From the NCBI GenBank assembly GCA_963815195.1, contig CAWFGE010000013.1, positions 512,001 to 576,000 on the forward strand: a stretch of DNA of 64,000 nucleotides, written 5' to 3'. How positions within the stretch are numbered: the stretch's first letter is position 1; each line of letters starts with the position of its first letter. Positions 41,175 to 51,803 of the stretch are shown in pieces. The DNA comes from an uncultured Planctomycetaceae bacterium (GTDB lineage: Bacteria; Planctomycetota; Planctomycetia; Planctomycetales; Planctomycetaceae). The notes under the pieces were generated by a model, which worked only from the letters and a program-made list of their open reading frames with translations, was not told the origin of the DNA and made no database searches. A program made the translations under genes and the position numbers.

Positions 41175-43019
41175 ATGCGAAGGCGATTTTCTGTGTTCCG
41201 GCCGGGTCGTTTTGGAGTCGCCTTCATCCTGGGAATGAGTCTCACCGCTCGATTTCTGCCGGCCGCGGAACCGGCCCCGAATGTGTCCGAGACGGCCCAG
41301 GCGGTCGATCAGGCATTGTCGGCGGTGTTGAAAGCCTCGGGAACCGCACCGGCTCCCGCGGTCAACGACGAGGATTTCCTGCGGCGGGTTTCGTTCGACC
41401 TGACGGGTACGCTGCCCTCGCCCCGGGAGGTCACGCTGTTCGGCCTCGATCCTGACCCAAACAAACGCCAAAAGCTCGTCGCCCGGCTTTTGGAGTCCGA
41501 CGACTACGCCGAGAATTGGATGCGGTATTGGCGGGATGTCCTCTTTAGCCGGGCCACCAACATGCGGGCCCCGTTTGGCCGTTCGGCCTTTGAAAGCTGG
41601 ATGCTCGACCAGTTTCGCGAGAACGCGTCCTGGGACCAGGTGGCGACCGCCTTGATCACCGCCACGGGCGATGTCCGCGAAAACGGGGCGACGGCGTTGA
41701 TCTTCGCGCAAGAGGGGGACGAGTCGGAAATCGCCTCCGAGGTCTCGCGGATTTTCCTGGGCATCCAGATCCAGTGCGCGAACTGCCACAACCACCCGAC
41801 CGACAAATGGACGCGGGACGACTTCCACGAACTGGCCGCGTTCTTCCCGCGGATTCGGGTGCAGCCCAAACGCGAGGAGCAGCGGTTGATCTCCTATGAG
41901 GTCGTCTCGTTCAACCCGCCGCGGCGGCGCGGTTTCGCTCAGAATCGCCAACCCAACCCGGAGCAGACCATGCGGTTCTTGGACCGGAACCGCGACGGCA
42001 AGCTGACGAAAAACGAAGTCGAGAACACGCGGCTGGCCCGCGTTTTCGACCAGATTCTGGCCCGCGCCGATGAGGACAAGGACAAGGCCCTCAGCCTGCA
42101 AGAGTTCAAAAAGCTCCCCCCGCCACCGACGGGACCGGGCCGCGGCTCCGACGAGCATTACATGCCGGACCTCGACAACCCCGGCTCGCGCGGCCGGCAA
42201 ATCGATCCGGTGTTCTTCATCGGCGAGAAGTCGTTGCGGAGCGGCCAGACGGACCTCGATCGCCGCGAAACCTTGGCCCAATGGATCACCGATCAGCAGA
42301 ATCCCTGGTTCGCGCGGGCGTACGTCAACCGCATCTGGGCGGAGCTTTTGGGCCAGGGCTTTTACATGCCCATCGACGACATGGGCCCCGAACGCAAAGC
42401 CCAGAATCCGAAGGTCCTCGACATCCTCTCGGAGGGCTTCGTCGCCAGCGGCTACGATGTGAAGTGGCTGTTCGCGGTCATCGCCAACACGGACGCGTAT
42501 GCCCGGCAAGTCCGCCCGGTCGATCCCGCGGCTCCCGCTTTTGCCGCCGGCATTCCCACTCGGCTCCGGTCCGATCAGCTTTACAGCGCGATCACCGAAG
42601 TCTTCGGCATTGATGAAGACGCCAGCCGCCGGCCGGCTCCGCGGGGCGGCGGGAATCCTTACTTCCGCGCGCGTTCGCCGCGGGACGGGTTCAACGACCT
42701 GTTCGGCTTCGACCCGTCCACGCCGCAGGCGGACATCACGGGCGACGTCCCGCAGGCTCTGTTCTTGATGAACTCGCCGCAGATCAACGCCCTGATTCAA
42801 GCCAGCGGCCGGACGCGGCTGAATCAGGTGCTCACAAAATACCCCGACGACGAGGATGCCGTCGGCGAGTTGTATCTCCGCGTGCTGGCCCGCGAGCCGT
42901 CCGAGCGGGAGCAGGCCATCTGCCGGAAGTATATCGCCAAAGTCGACAACCGCAGCGAAGCCTTTGAGGATCTCCTGTGGAGTTTGCTCAACTCGAGCGA
43001 GTTCCTTTCCAAACGCTGA
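41175..43019 (+). CDS. DUF1549/DUF1553 protein with inserted EF-hand pair
   Basis: 'FLRRVSFDLTGTLP', 'IQCANCHNHP', 'DRNRDGKLTKNE', 'DEDKDKALSLQE', 'LWSLLNSSEF'. Confidence 0.88.
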   Translation: MRRRFSVFRPGRFGVAFILGMSLTARFLPAAEPAPNVSETAQAVDQALSAVLKASGTAPAPAVNDEDFLRRVSFDLTGTLPSPREVTLFGLDPDPNKRQKLVARLLESDDYAENWMRYWRDVLFSRATNMRAPFGRSAFESWMLDQFRENASWDQVATALITATGDVRENGATALIFAQEGDESEIASEVSRIFLGIQIQCANCHNHPTDKWTRDDFHELAAFFPRIRVQPKREEQRLISYEVVSFNPPRRRGFAQNRQPNPEQTMRFLDRNRDGKLTKNEVENTRLARVFDQILARADEDKDKALSLQEFKKLPPPPTGPGRGSDEHYMPDLDNPGSRGRQIDPVFFIGEKSLRSGQTDLDRRETLAQWITDQQNPWFARAYVNRIWAELLGQGFYMPIDDMGPERKAQNPKVLDILSEGFVASGYDVKWLFAVIANTDAYARQVRPVDPAAPAFAAGIPTRLRSDQLYSAITEVFGIDEDASRRPAPRGGGNPYFRARSPRDGFNDLFGFDPSTPQADITGDVPQALFLMNSPQINALIQASGRTRLNQVLTKYPDDEDAVGELYLRVLAREPSEREQAICRKYIAKVDNRSEAFEDLLWSLLNSSEFLSKR

Positions 43020-43024
43020 TAATC

Positions 43025-43104
43025 TGAGCGGTAGGCGCTAGCCTCCGGCTTCGATGTGATGATATGTCCAAAACCAAGACCGGCGGCTAGCGCCGTGCCG
43101 CTCA
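43025..43104. repeat. REP-like hairpin, same family as 17492-17573
   Basis: TGAGCGGTAGGCGCTAGCCTCCGG...CCGGCGGCTAGCGCC.TGCCGCTCA. Confidence 0.85.
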
Positions 43105-43204
43105 CGTTGCTTCCTTCGGCGAGTTTTATTTTGAAGTCAAAACCGGGGCGGACCACCCTGCGGGCGGTGCCCCCCGGCGGCTAATTTTTTTAGGATTTCG
43201 AACC

Positions 43205-44500
43205 ATGAAGTTTTCGCTGCATGAATCGGTGATGCCGCGGCGGGGCGGGTTTTCCCGCCGGCGGTTTTTGCACGGGGTGGCCGCGGGCACGCTTGCGGCG
43301 GGAGCGTTGAACCTCCGCGATTTGATGACCCTCCAGGCGGCGGAACTGAAGAAGCAGGGGCGGTCCATGATCCTGCTGTGGATGGCCGGCGGCCCGAGCC
43401 AGTTTGAGACCTTCGATCCCAAACCCGGCACGGACAACGGCGGCCCGACCAAGGCCATCGAGACTTCGGTGCCCGGCATTCAGATCGCCGAGGGCTGGGA
43501 ACGCACCGCCCGGGTGATGGAGGACGTGGCCCTCATCCGCTCGATGACCAACCGCGAAGGCAGCCATCCGCGGGCGACGTATCAACTCCACACGGGCTAC
43601 ATCCCCTCGGGCAGCGTGAAGCATCCGAGCCTCGCCGCGAACATCGCCAAAGAAATCGCCGACCCGCAGTTCGAACTGCCGGCGGTCGTCACCGTGGGCG
43701 GCGGGCGGGCGTTGGGCGGGACGGGGGCCGGCTTTCTGGGCGTGGACTACGAGCCGTTCCTGGTCGCCAGCCCCGGGCAGCTTCCCGCCAACGTCGCGGT
43801 TCCCGTGCGCGAGCCCCGCTTCGATCGGCGGTTGGGATTGCTTGACGAATTGGAGACCGAATACGCCCAGCGGGGCGGCGGGGCGGTCGTCAAGGACCAC
43901 CAACAGCTTTATCAGAAGACCGCCAAGATGGTCCTCAGCGAACAGACGAAAGCCTTCGATCTGTCCGCCGAGCCCGAGTCCGTCAAGAGCCAATATGGAA
44001 ACTCGCAATTCGGCCGCGGGTGTCTCTTGGCCCGGCGGTTGGTGGAAGCGGGCGTGACGTTTGTGGAAGTTTCCTCCGGCGGTTGGGACACGCATCAGGA
44101 CAACTTCGACCGCACCAAAACTCTCGCCGGCCAGGTCGATCCCGCGCTCGCCGGGTTGATCGCCGACCTGAAAACCCGCGGCCAATTGGAGCGGACGCTG
44201 GTCGTGTGGATGGGCGAGTTCGGCCGCACGCCGCGGGTCAACCCCCGCACCGGGCGGGATCATTATCCCCGCGTGTTCAATGCAGCGATTGCGGGTGGCG
44301 GCATCCGCGGCGGTCAGGTCATTGGCTCCTCGACCGCCGACGGCTCCGCGGTCAAGGACCGCCCCGTGACCGTGCCCGATCTATTCTGCTCGATTTGCAA
44401 ATCGCTCGAGGTCAACCCGCGGGCCGAAAACATCAGCCCCTTGGGGCGGCCGATGAAGATCGTTGACGGCGGCGAACCGGTGTCTCAACTATTCAGCTAA
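43205..44500 (+). CDS. DUF1501 family protein (Tat-like signal)
   Basis: 'SRRRFL', 'LWMAGGPSQFETFDPKP', 'GGWDTH', 'GEFGRTP', 'RDHYP'. Confidence 0.9.
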   Translation: MKFSLHESVMPRRGGFSRRRFLHGVAAGTLAAGALNLRDLMTLQAAELKKQGRSMILLWMAGGPSQFETFDPKPGTDNGGPTKAIETSVPGIQIAEGWERTARVMEDVALIRSMTNREGSHPRATYQLHTGYIPSGSVKHPSLAANIAKEIADPQFELPAVVTVGGGRALGGTGAGFLGVDYEPFLVASPGQLPANVAVPVREPRFDRRLGLLDELETEYAQRGGGAVVKDHQQLYQKTAKMVLSEQTKAFDLSAEPESVKSQYGNSQFGRGCLLARRLVEAGVTFVEVSSGGWDTHQDNFDRTKTLAGQVDPALAGLIADLKTRGQLERTLVVWMGEFGRTPRVNPRTGRDHYPRVFNAAIAGGGIRGGQVIGSSTADGSAVKDRPVTVPDLFCSICKSLEVNPRAENISPLGRPMKIVDGGEPVSQLFS

Positions 44501-44530
44501 AAGCCTCCAATGCGGTTCCCTCCCCGCATT

Positions 44531-44572
44531 GCGCCTGGCGGTTTTGTGAAAGCCGCCGGGCGTTTTTTGTTT
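44531..44572 (+). terminator. Rho-independent terminator
   Basis: CGCCTGGCGG..CCGCCGGGCG followed by T-tract. Confidence 0.7.
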
Positions 44573-44652
44573 GACGGGAGCCGCCGTTTGCGATTGACTA
44601 GGGGGAGCAATTTCTTTTCCGCGGATTCCGTTCTGGTCCCTTTCGTAAAACC

Positions 44653-46438
44653 ATGTCGCGCACCGCTTCTCCGTCCGACCGCGTCGAGGGCCGGTATTAC
44701 ACGCCGGCGGAGTTGGTGGAAACGATGCTCCGCTTGGCGCTCGATCCGCTGCTGGCGTCCCGCGAATCGCGCGAGTCGCCGCCGTTGCGGATTCTCGATC
44801 CCGCCTGCGGAGAGGGAGCGTTTCTGGTCGCCGCGTATGATCGGCTCAAAGCGTGGTACGAAGCCGCGGGACAGGCACCTGCGAGCATCGTTTCTCGGCA
44901 TCTCTTCGGGGTGGACATCGACCGGGACGCGCTCGCAACTCTGCGAACGCGGCTCGATGGTGAGGAGGCAAATCTCCGTTGGGGCGATGCACTGACGGGA
45001 GCCGGCTTCGGCGACGCGGACGATTCCGAAGTTGACGAGGCAGAAGACGCGGCGGTTCCGAGTGTCGATTGGCGGCCGGCATTTCCTCAGGCGGCCGCGG
45101 CGGGCGGGTTTGACCTGGTGATTGGCAACCCGCCCTACCGCCGGGAGTTGGCGTCCAAGGCGATGTCGGGCCGCTTGAAGACGTCGCCCTTGGGCCGGCG
45201 GTGGCATCAGCCGCGGTTGGATATGTGGGCGTACTTTTTACATCGCGGGCTCGATCTGCTTCGCGATGGGGGGCGATTGGCCTTCGTGCTGCCGAGCTAT
45301 TGGACGGCTTCCACAGGAGCCCGGCAACTCATCGGACGCCTGGAGGCCGAGACGGAAATCTGCGATGTCGTGCGGCTCGGCGGGATGCCGGTGTTTCCGC
45401 ACGTGGAAGGCCGGCATCTGATTTTGAGCCTGCAAAAAGGCCGCGGGTCCCGCCCCTGCCGGATTTGGGATCTCTCGGATTCCCAAGACGCCCCCGCGGA
45501 GGCATTGGCCGCGGTATCTCGTCCGGAAGCGGGTTGTGTGTTTTCGATGGAGCAGCGCGAATTGTTCGTTGGCGGGCAACTCTGCGTGTCGCCGCCCGAG
45601 CCGATTCTCCGCCAAATGGACGGGCGAAGCCAATCGCTTTTGACGGCAAAGTTTGAAGTCCGGGAAGGGATCGTCGAAAATCCGCCCCGCATCAGCCGGC
45701 GGATCGCCCGGGCTTCCCATCACGCCTACCGCGCGGGCGAGGGCGTGTTCGTGTTGTTGCGCGAAGAGCTGTCTCGGATGGAACTCAATCCCGCGGAGCG
45801 CCGAGCTGCTCAGGCCTTATTACCGGGGCACGGACATCGAGCGGTATTGGCTCAGGGAGTCGCCCGGCGAGTTTTTGCTGTACCTCACCCGGCGGACCGC
45901 GGAGGATTTGGCCCCGTTCCCGAACATCGAAAAACATCTCGCCCGGTTTCGCCCGCTCCTCGAGGAACGCCGGGAAGTTCAGCGGGGCCAGATCGCCTGG
46001 TGGCATTTGCATTGGCCCCGGGACGAACGGCTGTTTCTCGTCCCGCGGATCCTGATGCCCCAAATGGGCCGGGCTCCGCGGTTCGTGTACTGCGAGGCTC
46101 CGGCGTTCGTCGGGTTTGCCATGCATTTGATCCGGCGGGCAACGGAAACGGACGTTTCGCCATCGTCACCTCTGCTCGCGTTGACCGGCGTCCTCAACTC
46201 CGCGTTGGCGGCGCGCTGGTTTGACAAGTTCGCCAAGCACCGCGGGGTGGCGCTCGACATCAGCGGGACTGTGCTCCGCCGGTTTCCGTTGCCTCCCGAG
46301 AATCCTGAAGCCGAGCAGTCGCTCGCCCGGCTTGTGGGAGATCGGCAACGGCGGGCTCAAAACTCGCCCCAAGCCGCGGCTCTGGAAGACGAGATCGAAA
46401 CCGCCGTTCGGAGGTGGTATGGCTTGCCGAACGATTGA
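44653..46438 (+). CDS. N6-adenine DNA methyltransferase (gamma class, TaqI/Eco57I-like), frameshift near 45800
   Basis: 'GRYYTP', motif I 'LDPACGEGAF', motif IV 'IGNPPY'; C-terminal 'LTGVLNS...LRRFPLP' specificity-domain pattern. Confidence 0.88.
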
Positions 46439-46453
46439 ATAGAGGCATCGCGC

Positions 46454-46524
46454 GGGTGGCACGTCCCTGAGGGCGTGGTCTGGGTGATCGCCACGTCCTT
46501 CGCTGCGCTCAGCGCGTGCCACCC
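46454..46524. repeat. REP-like element GGGTGGCACG...CGTGCCACCC (inverted copy at 47622-47702)
   Basis: Terminal 10-bp inverted repeat; internal CTGAGCGCAGCGAAGG shared in opposite orientation. Confidence 0.8.
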
Positions 46525-46577
46525 AAGTTCGGACCTCAGTTACTTGGTGAAGCGAGATGGAAATGATCCATCGCGGC

Positions 46578-47466
46578 TCAGCCCGTTTTCCGGTCGCGGT
46601 TGGGTTCGGCTTGGTGCGGGGCCTCTTCGCCCGCGGGTAGGGGCTTGATGGAATGGTCCGCCTCGTCCGCAGGATTCGGTTGCGGCCGGAAGTAGTCCAT
46701 CGATTGTTTGACGACCATCCCGCGCGGGGCTGTCCGCACGAGTTGGCATCGCCAGTAATTCCACCAGCCCGGTCACCCAATACGAGCGGCGTTTTTCCAA
46801 ACCCTTGAGGGCCGACTTGACCACCTGACCGGCGGTTTGGGAGGAGTGCTTTTTGAGCCAGTTGGGAACGCCCGCGACGTCGAAAAACGAGGTTTCCGTC
46901 GCGCCGGGGCACAAGGCCATCACAGTCACGCCGCGGTCTCGGGCCTCCGCCCAGAGCGCCTCGCTGAAATGCAGCACGTAGGATTTGCTCGCGGAATAGG
47001 CCCCCATGTAGGCCACGGGCTGAAACCCCGCGATCGACGCCACGTTGACGATCGCCCCGTGCCGGCGTTCCAACATCGCCGGCAGGAAATGATAGGTCAA
47101 ATCGGTGAGGGTTTCGATATTCAGCCGGACCATTTGGAGGATGCGATCGGCATCGGTGCTTTCGATGTCGCCGGCAATCCCGAAGCCCGCGTTGTTGACG
47201 AGCAGTTCCACCTCGATCTGCCTGGCCTTGACCTCGGATTTCACGCGCTCGACGTCATCGGGCAGCGTGAGGTCGGCACAAATGATTTCGGTGCGGGTGC
47301 CGTGGCGGGTGTCCAAGTCGCGGGCGAGGGATTCCAAGGCGTCCCGGCTCCGGGCTGTGAGCACCAGGTGCATGCCCCGCGCGGCCAGCTTGCGGGCGAA
47401 CTCGGCACCAATCCCGGAAGAGGCTCCCGTTATCAATGCCCAACGCTCCGCGTACGCTTCAATCAC
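46578..47466 (-). CDS. Short-chain dehydrogenase/reductase, frameshift near 46768
   Basis: 'TGASSGIG', 'NNAG', 'YSASK'. Confidence 0.9.
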
Positions 47467-47621
47467 GAACAGCCCCTCTCAAGAATCGGACAATCCTCTA
47501 CGCCGGTGTCTTCGGCCGGTTTCATCCTAGCAGATTTCCGAGACGAGGAAAACCAGCCCACAGGCGACGACCGGCGTGACAGTTCCATTTGACCACCGCC
47601 TGCCGTGATAGGCTTTCGCTT

Positions 47622-47702
47622 GGGTGGCACGCTCTGAGCGCAGCGAAGGGCGTGGTCTTGGCGATTACCACGCCCTTCGCGGCGCCCAGGGACGTGCCAC
47701 CC
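47622..47702. repeat. REP-like element, partner of 46454-46524
   Basis: GGGTGGCACG...GAAGGGCGTGGT/ACCACGCCCTTC...CGTGCCACCC. Confidence 0.8.
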
Positions 47703-47805
47703 GATTCGGTTTTGACCACCGGTCGATTCGGCTGACCTTGCGAGCCCAGCAGGAATTGCGTATCTCAAAGTTAGACCGACCCGAAACTCTGAAGGACGCC
47801 GAGCG

Positions 47806-48480
47806 ATGCGAGCAATGAGCCGAGACGAGGTGCGGGACATCGACCGCCGGGCCGTCGCCGATTATAAAATGCCGAGCCTCCTCTTGATGGAAAACGCCGG
47901 GCGGGGAGCGGCCGAGGTTTTGGAAGCGGCGGGAATCGCCGGTCCGGTTGTGGTGTGTGCCGGGAAGGGCAACAACGGCGGCGACGGGTTTGTGATCGCT
48001 CGCCATTTGGAGAATCGCGGCCGCGAGGTGCGGGTGCTCTTGTTTTGCAATCCCGCCGACCTCCAAGGCGATGCGGCGGTCAACTTTCAAATCCTCGCCG
48101 CCGCCCAAACGCCCGTGGACGTTTTGGGGGCGGATTTCACCGACGAAGAATTGACCGGCCCGCTGAGCGGGGCCGGCTGGATTGTGGACGCTCTGTTGGG
48201 GACGGGAACGAAAGGCGAGATTCGCGAACCGTTCGGGCGGATCATCCAGGCGATCAATCGAAGCGCCGCGAAAGTGTTGGCGGTGGATTTGCCGTCGGGA
48301 ATGGATTGCGACACCGGCGAACCGTTGGGCGAGTGCATCCGCGCCGACCTGACCGCGACATTCGTCGCGCGGAAAGTCGGCTTCGATCAGCCGGGGGCCT
48401 CGAACCTCACGGGCGAAGTTCGTGTCGTGGATATTGGGGTGCCCCGCCGAGCCCTTGGCGATTTTGAAGGAGAGGACTGA
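47806..48480 (+). CDS. nnrE: NAD(P)H-hydrate epimerase (stand-alone YjeF_N)
   Basis: 'LMENAG', 'GKGNNGGDG', 'VDALLGTG', 'AVDLPSG'. Confidence 0.92.
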   Translation: MRAMSRDEVRDIDRRAVADYKMPSLLLMENAGRGAAEVLEAAGIAGPVVVCAGKGNNGGDGFVIARHLENRGREVRVLLFCNPADLQGDAAVNFQILAAAQTPVDVLGADFTDEELTGPLSGAGWIVDALLGTGTKGEIREPFGRIIQAINRSAAKVLAVDLPSGMDCDTGEPLGECIRADLTATFVARKVGFDQPGASNLTGEVRVVDIGVPRRALGDFEGED

Positions 48481-49511
48481 CGAACGCGAAACTCGACATC
48501 CCCGACCTCGCCAAAGAGTTGGAAAACCTGCTTCGGCAAATCCCGGAAGGCCGGGCGACGACCTTCGGCGATTTGGCCCGCGCGTTGGGCGATGTCGCCG
48601 CGGCCCGCTGGGTCGCCCAGACCGTGCGGAGCGGCCGTCTCGCGGACGATTGCCCGGTCCATCGCGCGGTGATGAAGTCCGGCGAACCCGGCGGCAACGA
48701 TGGCGATGCCGCATCCCAAATCCAAAAGCTCGGGCGCGAGGGCATCCTCCTGGAGAACGACCGCGTGGTTCTCGAGACGGTCGGGTTTGCGGATTTTGAA
48801 TCCTCGGCTCCGCTCGCGGTTTTGAAAAGGCATCAAGACAACGTCCCGGCCGAAGTGGAGCTTTCGCCGTTCCCGCAAACGCCGGACGAAATCGCCGCGG
48901 TGGACTTGTCCTATCTCGACGATGGCACGGCGGTCGCATGTTACGCCCTCGTGGAAACGGCGAGCGGCCGGCTGGCCTGGTCGGCGACGGTGCACCGGCG
49001 GGTTTTGTTTCCTTATGTCTCCGGATATCTCGCGTACCGGGAGCTGCCGATCTTGTTGGATCTCATCGAGCACGTCGAACGCCAGCGCGCGGTCGCCGAG
49101 GTGGTGTTCGTGGACGGCAACGGCCGGCTGCATCCCCGCCGGGCCGGGATTGCCAGCCACTTCGGGGTGCTGGCGAACCTGCGGACGGTGGGCGTGGGCA
49201 AAACTCTGCTGTGCGGCAAGGTGGATTTGTCCCAGGTCAAGCCGCGGCAGCCGCAGCCGATATTGGATGGAGAGGACCTGTTGGGAATGGCGGTCAAAGC
49301 CGGCCCGAAATCCAAGCCCGTGTTCGTCTCGCCGGGACATCGGATCGACGTGTCCGATGCGGTGCGGCTGGCGGATCGGCTATTCCACGGCCATCGGTTG
49401 CCCGAGCCGATTTTCCACGCGGATTCGCTCAGCCGGAAGGAGGCCAAGGCGATCATGTCCGGGGCGGATAGGGCAGGGGATCCGTGGCCCCCAATTCCGC
49501 AAAGCCCTTGA
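48477..49511 (+). CDS. nfi: Alkyltransferase-like (ATL/MGMT) domain fused to endonuclease V; start uncertain (CTG 48477 or TTG 48519)
   Basis: '[24 protein letters not shown]' followed by 'AVDLSY', '[12 protein letters not shown]', '[13 protein letters not shown]', 'VGVGK', 'VSPGH', 'RLPEP'. Confidence 0.88.
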   Translation: MTNAKLDIPDLAKELENLLRQIPEGRATTFGDLARALGDVAAARWVAQTVRSGRLADDCPVHRAVMKSGEPGGNDGDAASQIQKLGREGILLENDRVVLETVGFADFESSAPLAVLKRHQDNVPAEVELSPFPQTPDEIAAVDLSYLDDGTAVACYALVETASGRLAWSATVHRRVLFPYVSGYLAYRELPILLDLIEHVERQRAVAEVVFVDGNGRLHPRRAGIASHFGVLANLRTVGVGKTLLCGKVDLSQVKPRQPQPILDGEDLLGMAVKAGPKSKPVFVSPGHRIDVSDAVRLADRLFHGHRLPEPIFHADSLSRKEAKAIMSGADRAGDPWPPIPQSP

Positions 49512-50157
49512 GCCGGAGCCGGCAGGAGTCGCAGCGCCCGCAGGGCCGGCCCTTGTTATCGGGGTCGTAGCAGCTGTGCGTCAAACCGTAATCCACGCCG
49601 AGCCTGAGGCCTTCGCGGATGATGTCCGCTTTCGTCAGGGAAATCAGCGGCGTGTGGATTGCCCAGTGAACCCGGTTCTCGACGCCGGCTTTCGTAGCGA
49701 GTTGAGCGAGCCGCTGGAACTCTTCGATAAACTCCGGCCGGCAATCGGGGTAGCCGCTGTAATCGACGGCGTTGACGCCGATGAAGAGATCCGCCGCCCC
49801 CAGGACCTCGGCCCAACCCAAAGCCAGCGAGAGAAACACCGTGTTCCGCGCGGGGACGTAGGTGACGGGGATGCCCGCTTGCATCTCGGCTTCGTCCCGG
49901 TCCCGCGGGACAGCGATGTCATCGGTCAAGGCCGAGCCTCCGAGCGCCCGCAAGTCGAGTTTGAGGGTGATGTGCCGTTCGACGCCGATCGCCCGGCAAA
50001 CGCGGGCGGCGGCTTCGAGCTCAAAGCGGTGCCGCTGTCCATAATCGAACGACAAGGCGAACAGGCGAAAGCCCTGCTCGCGGGCCAAGGCGAGCACGGT
50101 CGTCGAATCCAATCCGCCGCTGACCAAAACGACGGCGGGCGTCGCCTGCGAACTCAC
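49453..50157 (-). CDS. queC: 7-cyano-7-deazaguanine synthase
   Basis: 'SGGLDS', 'YGQRH', 'TYVPARN', 'GYPDCR', '[11 protein letters not shown]'; GGAGG before GTG. Confidence 0.95.
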   Translation of the reverse strand: MSSQATPAVVLVSGGLDSTTVLALAREQGFRLFALSFDYGQRHRFELEAAARVCRAIGVERHITLKLDLRALGGSALTDDIAVPRDRDEAEMQAGIPVTYVPARNTVFLSLALGWAEVLGAADLFIGVNAVDYSGYPDCRPEFIEEFQRLAQLATKAGVENRVHWAIHTPLISLTKADIIREGLRLGVDYGLTHSCYDPDNKGRPCGRCDSCRLRLKGFAELGATDPLPYPPRT

Positions 50158-50260
50158 TGGATCACCTCCTCGCATTTCAGAAAATCGAAAACTTCCAGAC
50201 AACGAAATTGTGCGAACACACGCGGCACATCGTCAACGGAGTTTCCCGAAATCCCGCCCG

Positions 50261-50304
50261 TAAAAAAAGAACCGGACGGCAAGCGAACCTGCCGTCCGGT
50301 TTTC
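50261..50304 (-). terminator. Rho-independent terminator of the upstream minus-strand gene
   Basis: AACCGGACGGCA / TGCCGTCCGGTT with an A-tract on the + strand. Confidence 0.7.
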
Positions 50305-50322
50305 GAGGATCTTCGCCGCCGA

Positions 50323-51126
50323 TTAGAACGGCGGGTAATACATCGTCGAGCGGCGGTATAAAAGGTGATAGTTCAAACCGTAATCGTTCGGCGGAGCGTA
50401 AGGCAGCAGGCTGGAACCGAACCCGTATCCCCATCCGGGGGCGGTCGAATTTAAGTAATACGAGTAATAGCTGTTGGGGCTGAGCCGCGAGTTCTCATAG
50501 GGGAACAGCGTGTGGTGCGGCCGGGGCTGCGGCGCCGCGGCGACTTTGGGATGCGGGTTCCCGGTGAGAAGCTCCATCGTGGCGTCGTGCCGGTACGAGG
50601 GGTTCGCGATGTATTCGCTCCGGCGGAAGGGGATGCTGTTGTAAACCTTCACGTAGTCGTGCGGGTTGACGTGCGGCCGAGATTCCGCCGGCGGACAACA
50701 CTCGGCCGGCGCCTCATGGGCCGGACGGGCGAAGCGAGGCACGATTTCCACGCCAAACTCATTCGCCGGCGCTTGCGGTGTTTCGGCCGGCTTGGTTTCC
50801 GGCGGATTCTCTTTCGCGGGAGCCTCTTTCTCCGCCGCGGCATCGTTCTGGCTCGGCATTGGGGGCGCGGCGGCGAGGTTCGTCCGGCTAGGACGGGCGG
50901 CGGGAAACCGCGGCACGATCAGGACTTCCCAAGTCGAACCGTCGGCCTCCTTCACTTTTTCCACGCGAGGCAGCGCGGGATTTTTCGATTCTGCAGAAGC
51001 CGTCGAGCAAAAATCGGCAACAAATGCCGACGTCAAGGCCATGCATAAGCTAAGGTTAAGCAGGGAAACTCGCGTGCGGGCCGAAGTCCGTCGGCATCTT
51101 TTTAGATCACGTCCGGGACGTTGCAT
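50323..51126 (-). CDS. Secreted Pro/Tyr-rich hypothetical protein
   Basis: Signal-like helix ending 'ASA/E'; core 'Y..VYNSIPFRRSEYIANPSYRHDATMELL'; GAGG RBS. Confidence 0.6.
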   Translation of the reverse strand: MQRPGRDLKRCRRTSARTRVSLLNLSLCMALTSAFVADFCSTASAESKNPALPRVEKVKEADGSTWEVLIVPRFPAARPSRTNLAAAPPMPSQNDAAAEKEAPAKENPPETKPAETPQAPANEFGVEIVPRFARPAHEAPAECCPPAESRPHVNPHDYVKVYNSIPFRRSEYIANPSYRHDATMELLTGNPHPKVAAAPQPRPHHTLFPYENSRLSPNSYYSYYLNSTAPGWGYGFGSSLLPYAPPNDYGLNYHLLYRRSTMYYPPF

Positions 51127-51466
51127 CGTGGGTGTACCTCGTTGAAGGATGGAGTGGATCAAATCGTCGAAGAGGGGACGGAGATCGATGCGGGAAACGC
51201 GGAACACCCGCAGCAGGCTTCCTGAATTCCACGCTACAGAGGCCGGCGAACCAAAGTCAATTTGAGTTTTCCCAATCCGCACAGCCGAGCGGAAGTTCTT
51301 CGCTTTCCGCGGCGGGTTGACCGCGAGAACCCTCAAAGTCCATGAATGCCGCAAAACCGATTCCCTTAAACGCCTGGGAAGAATCCGCAATTCCGCGAGT
51401 GATGACCCAGCCTGTTTCCTGGGAGTCGGGCGGAAAACGCAAAAAGCCGACCTATCTTCAAGTCGC

Positions 51467-51766
51467 CGCGTCTGGGAATCCGATAGTCCCATTAACTTCA
51501 AGAGCCGGCGTTTGCGCCTGCGCGGAAACTCATCGCGGAGCGACGGGGTGGCTGGGGCGCAAAGGAATGTTCCAAGGAAAAAGGAGATTTGAGGCCTGGG
51601 GCCGTGTGAGATTTTTCTCTCCGGGCCACGGCCCCAACTTTCGCAGTTCAAGCCTTATTCCAAGGGGACTTGCGCCCCAGCCACCCAGACGCGTCTGGGA
51701 ATCCGATAGTCCCATTAACTTTAAGAGCCGGCGTTTGCGCCTGCGCGGAAACTCATCGCGGAGCGA
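51467..51766. repeat. ~140-bp palindromic element flanked by a 77-bp direct repeat
   Basis: 51467-51543 equals 51690-51766 (one mismatch); between them GGGTGGCTGGGGCGCAA...TTGCGCCCCAGCCACCC (51545-51686). Confidence 0.9.
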
Positions 51767-51803
51767 TTCGGGGGTTTGGTTTCTGATTGAATGAGGAAAT
51801 CCC

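Noticed and set aside
44653..50157. 7-deazaguanine DNA-modification (dpd) or defence island from queC + MTase + EndoV
   Set aside because: No dpdA/tgt paralog, queD/queE or helicase; queC looks canonical and neighbours are housekeeping genes
51127..51651. N-terminal extension of the 442-aa ORF 50323-51651
   Set aside because: Runs through repeat and intergenic DNA; the RBS and signal peptide support a start at 51126
51467..51766. CRISPR array
   Set aside because: Only two 77-bp repeats around a multicopy palindrome; no cas genes
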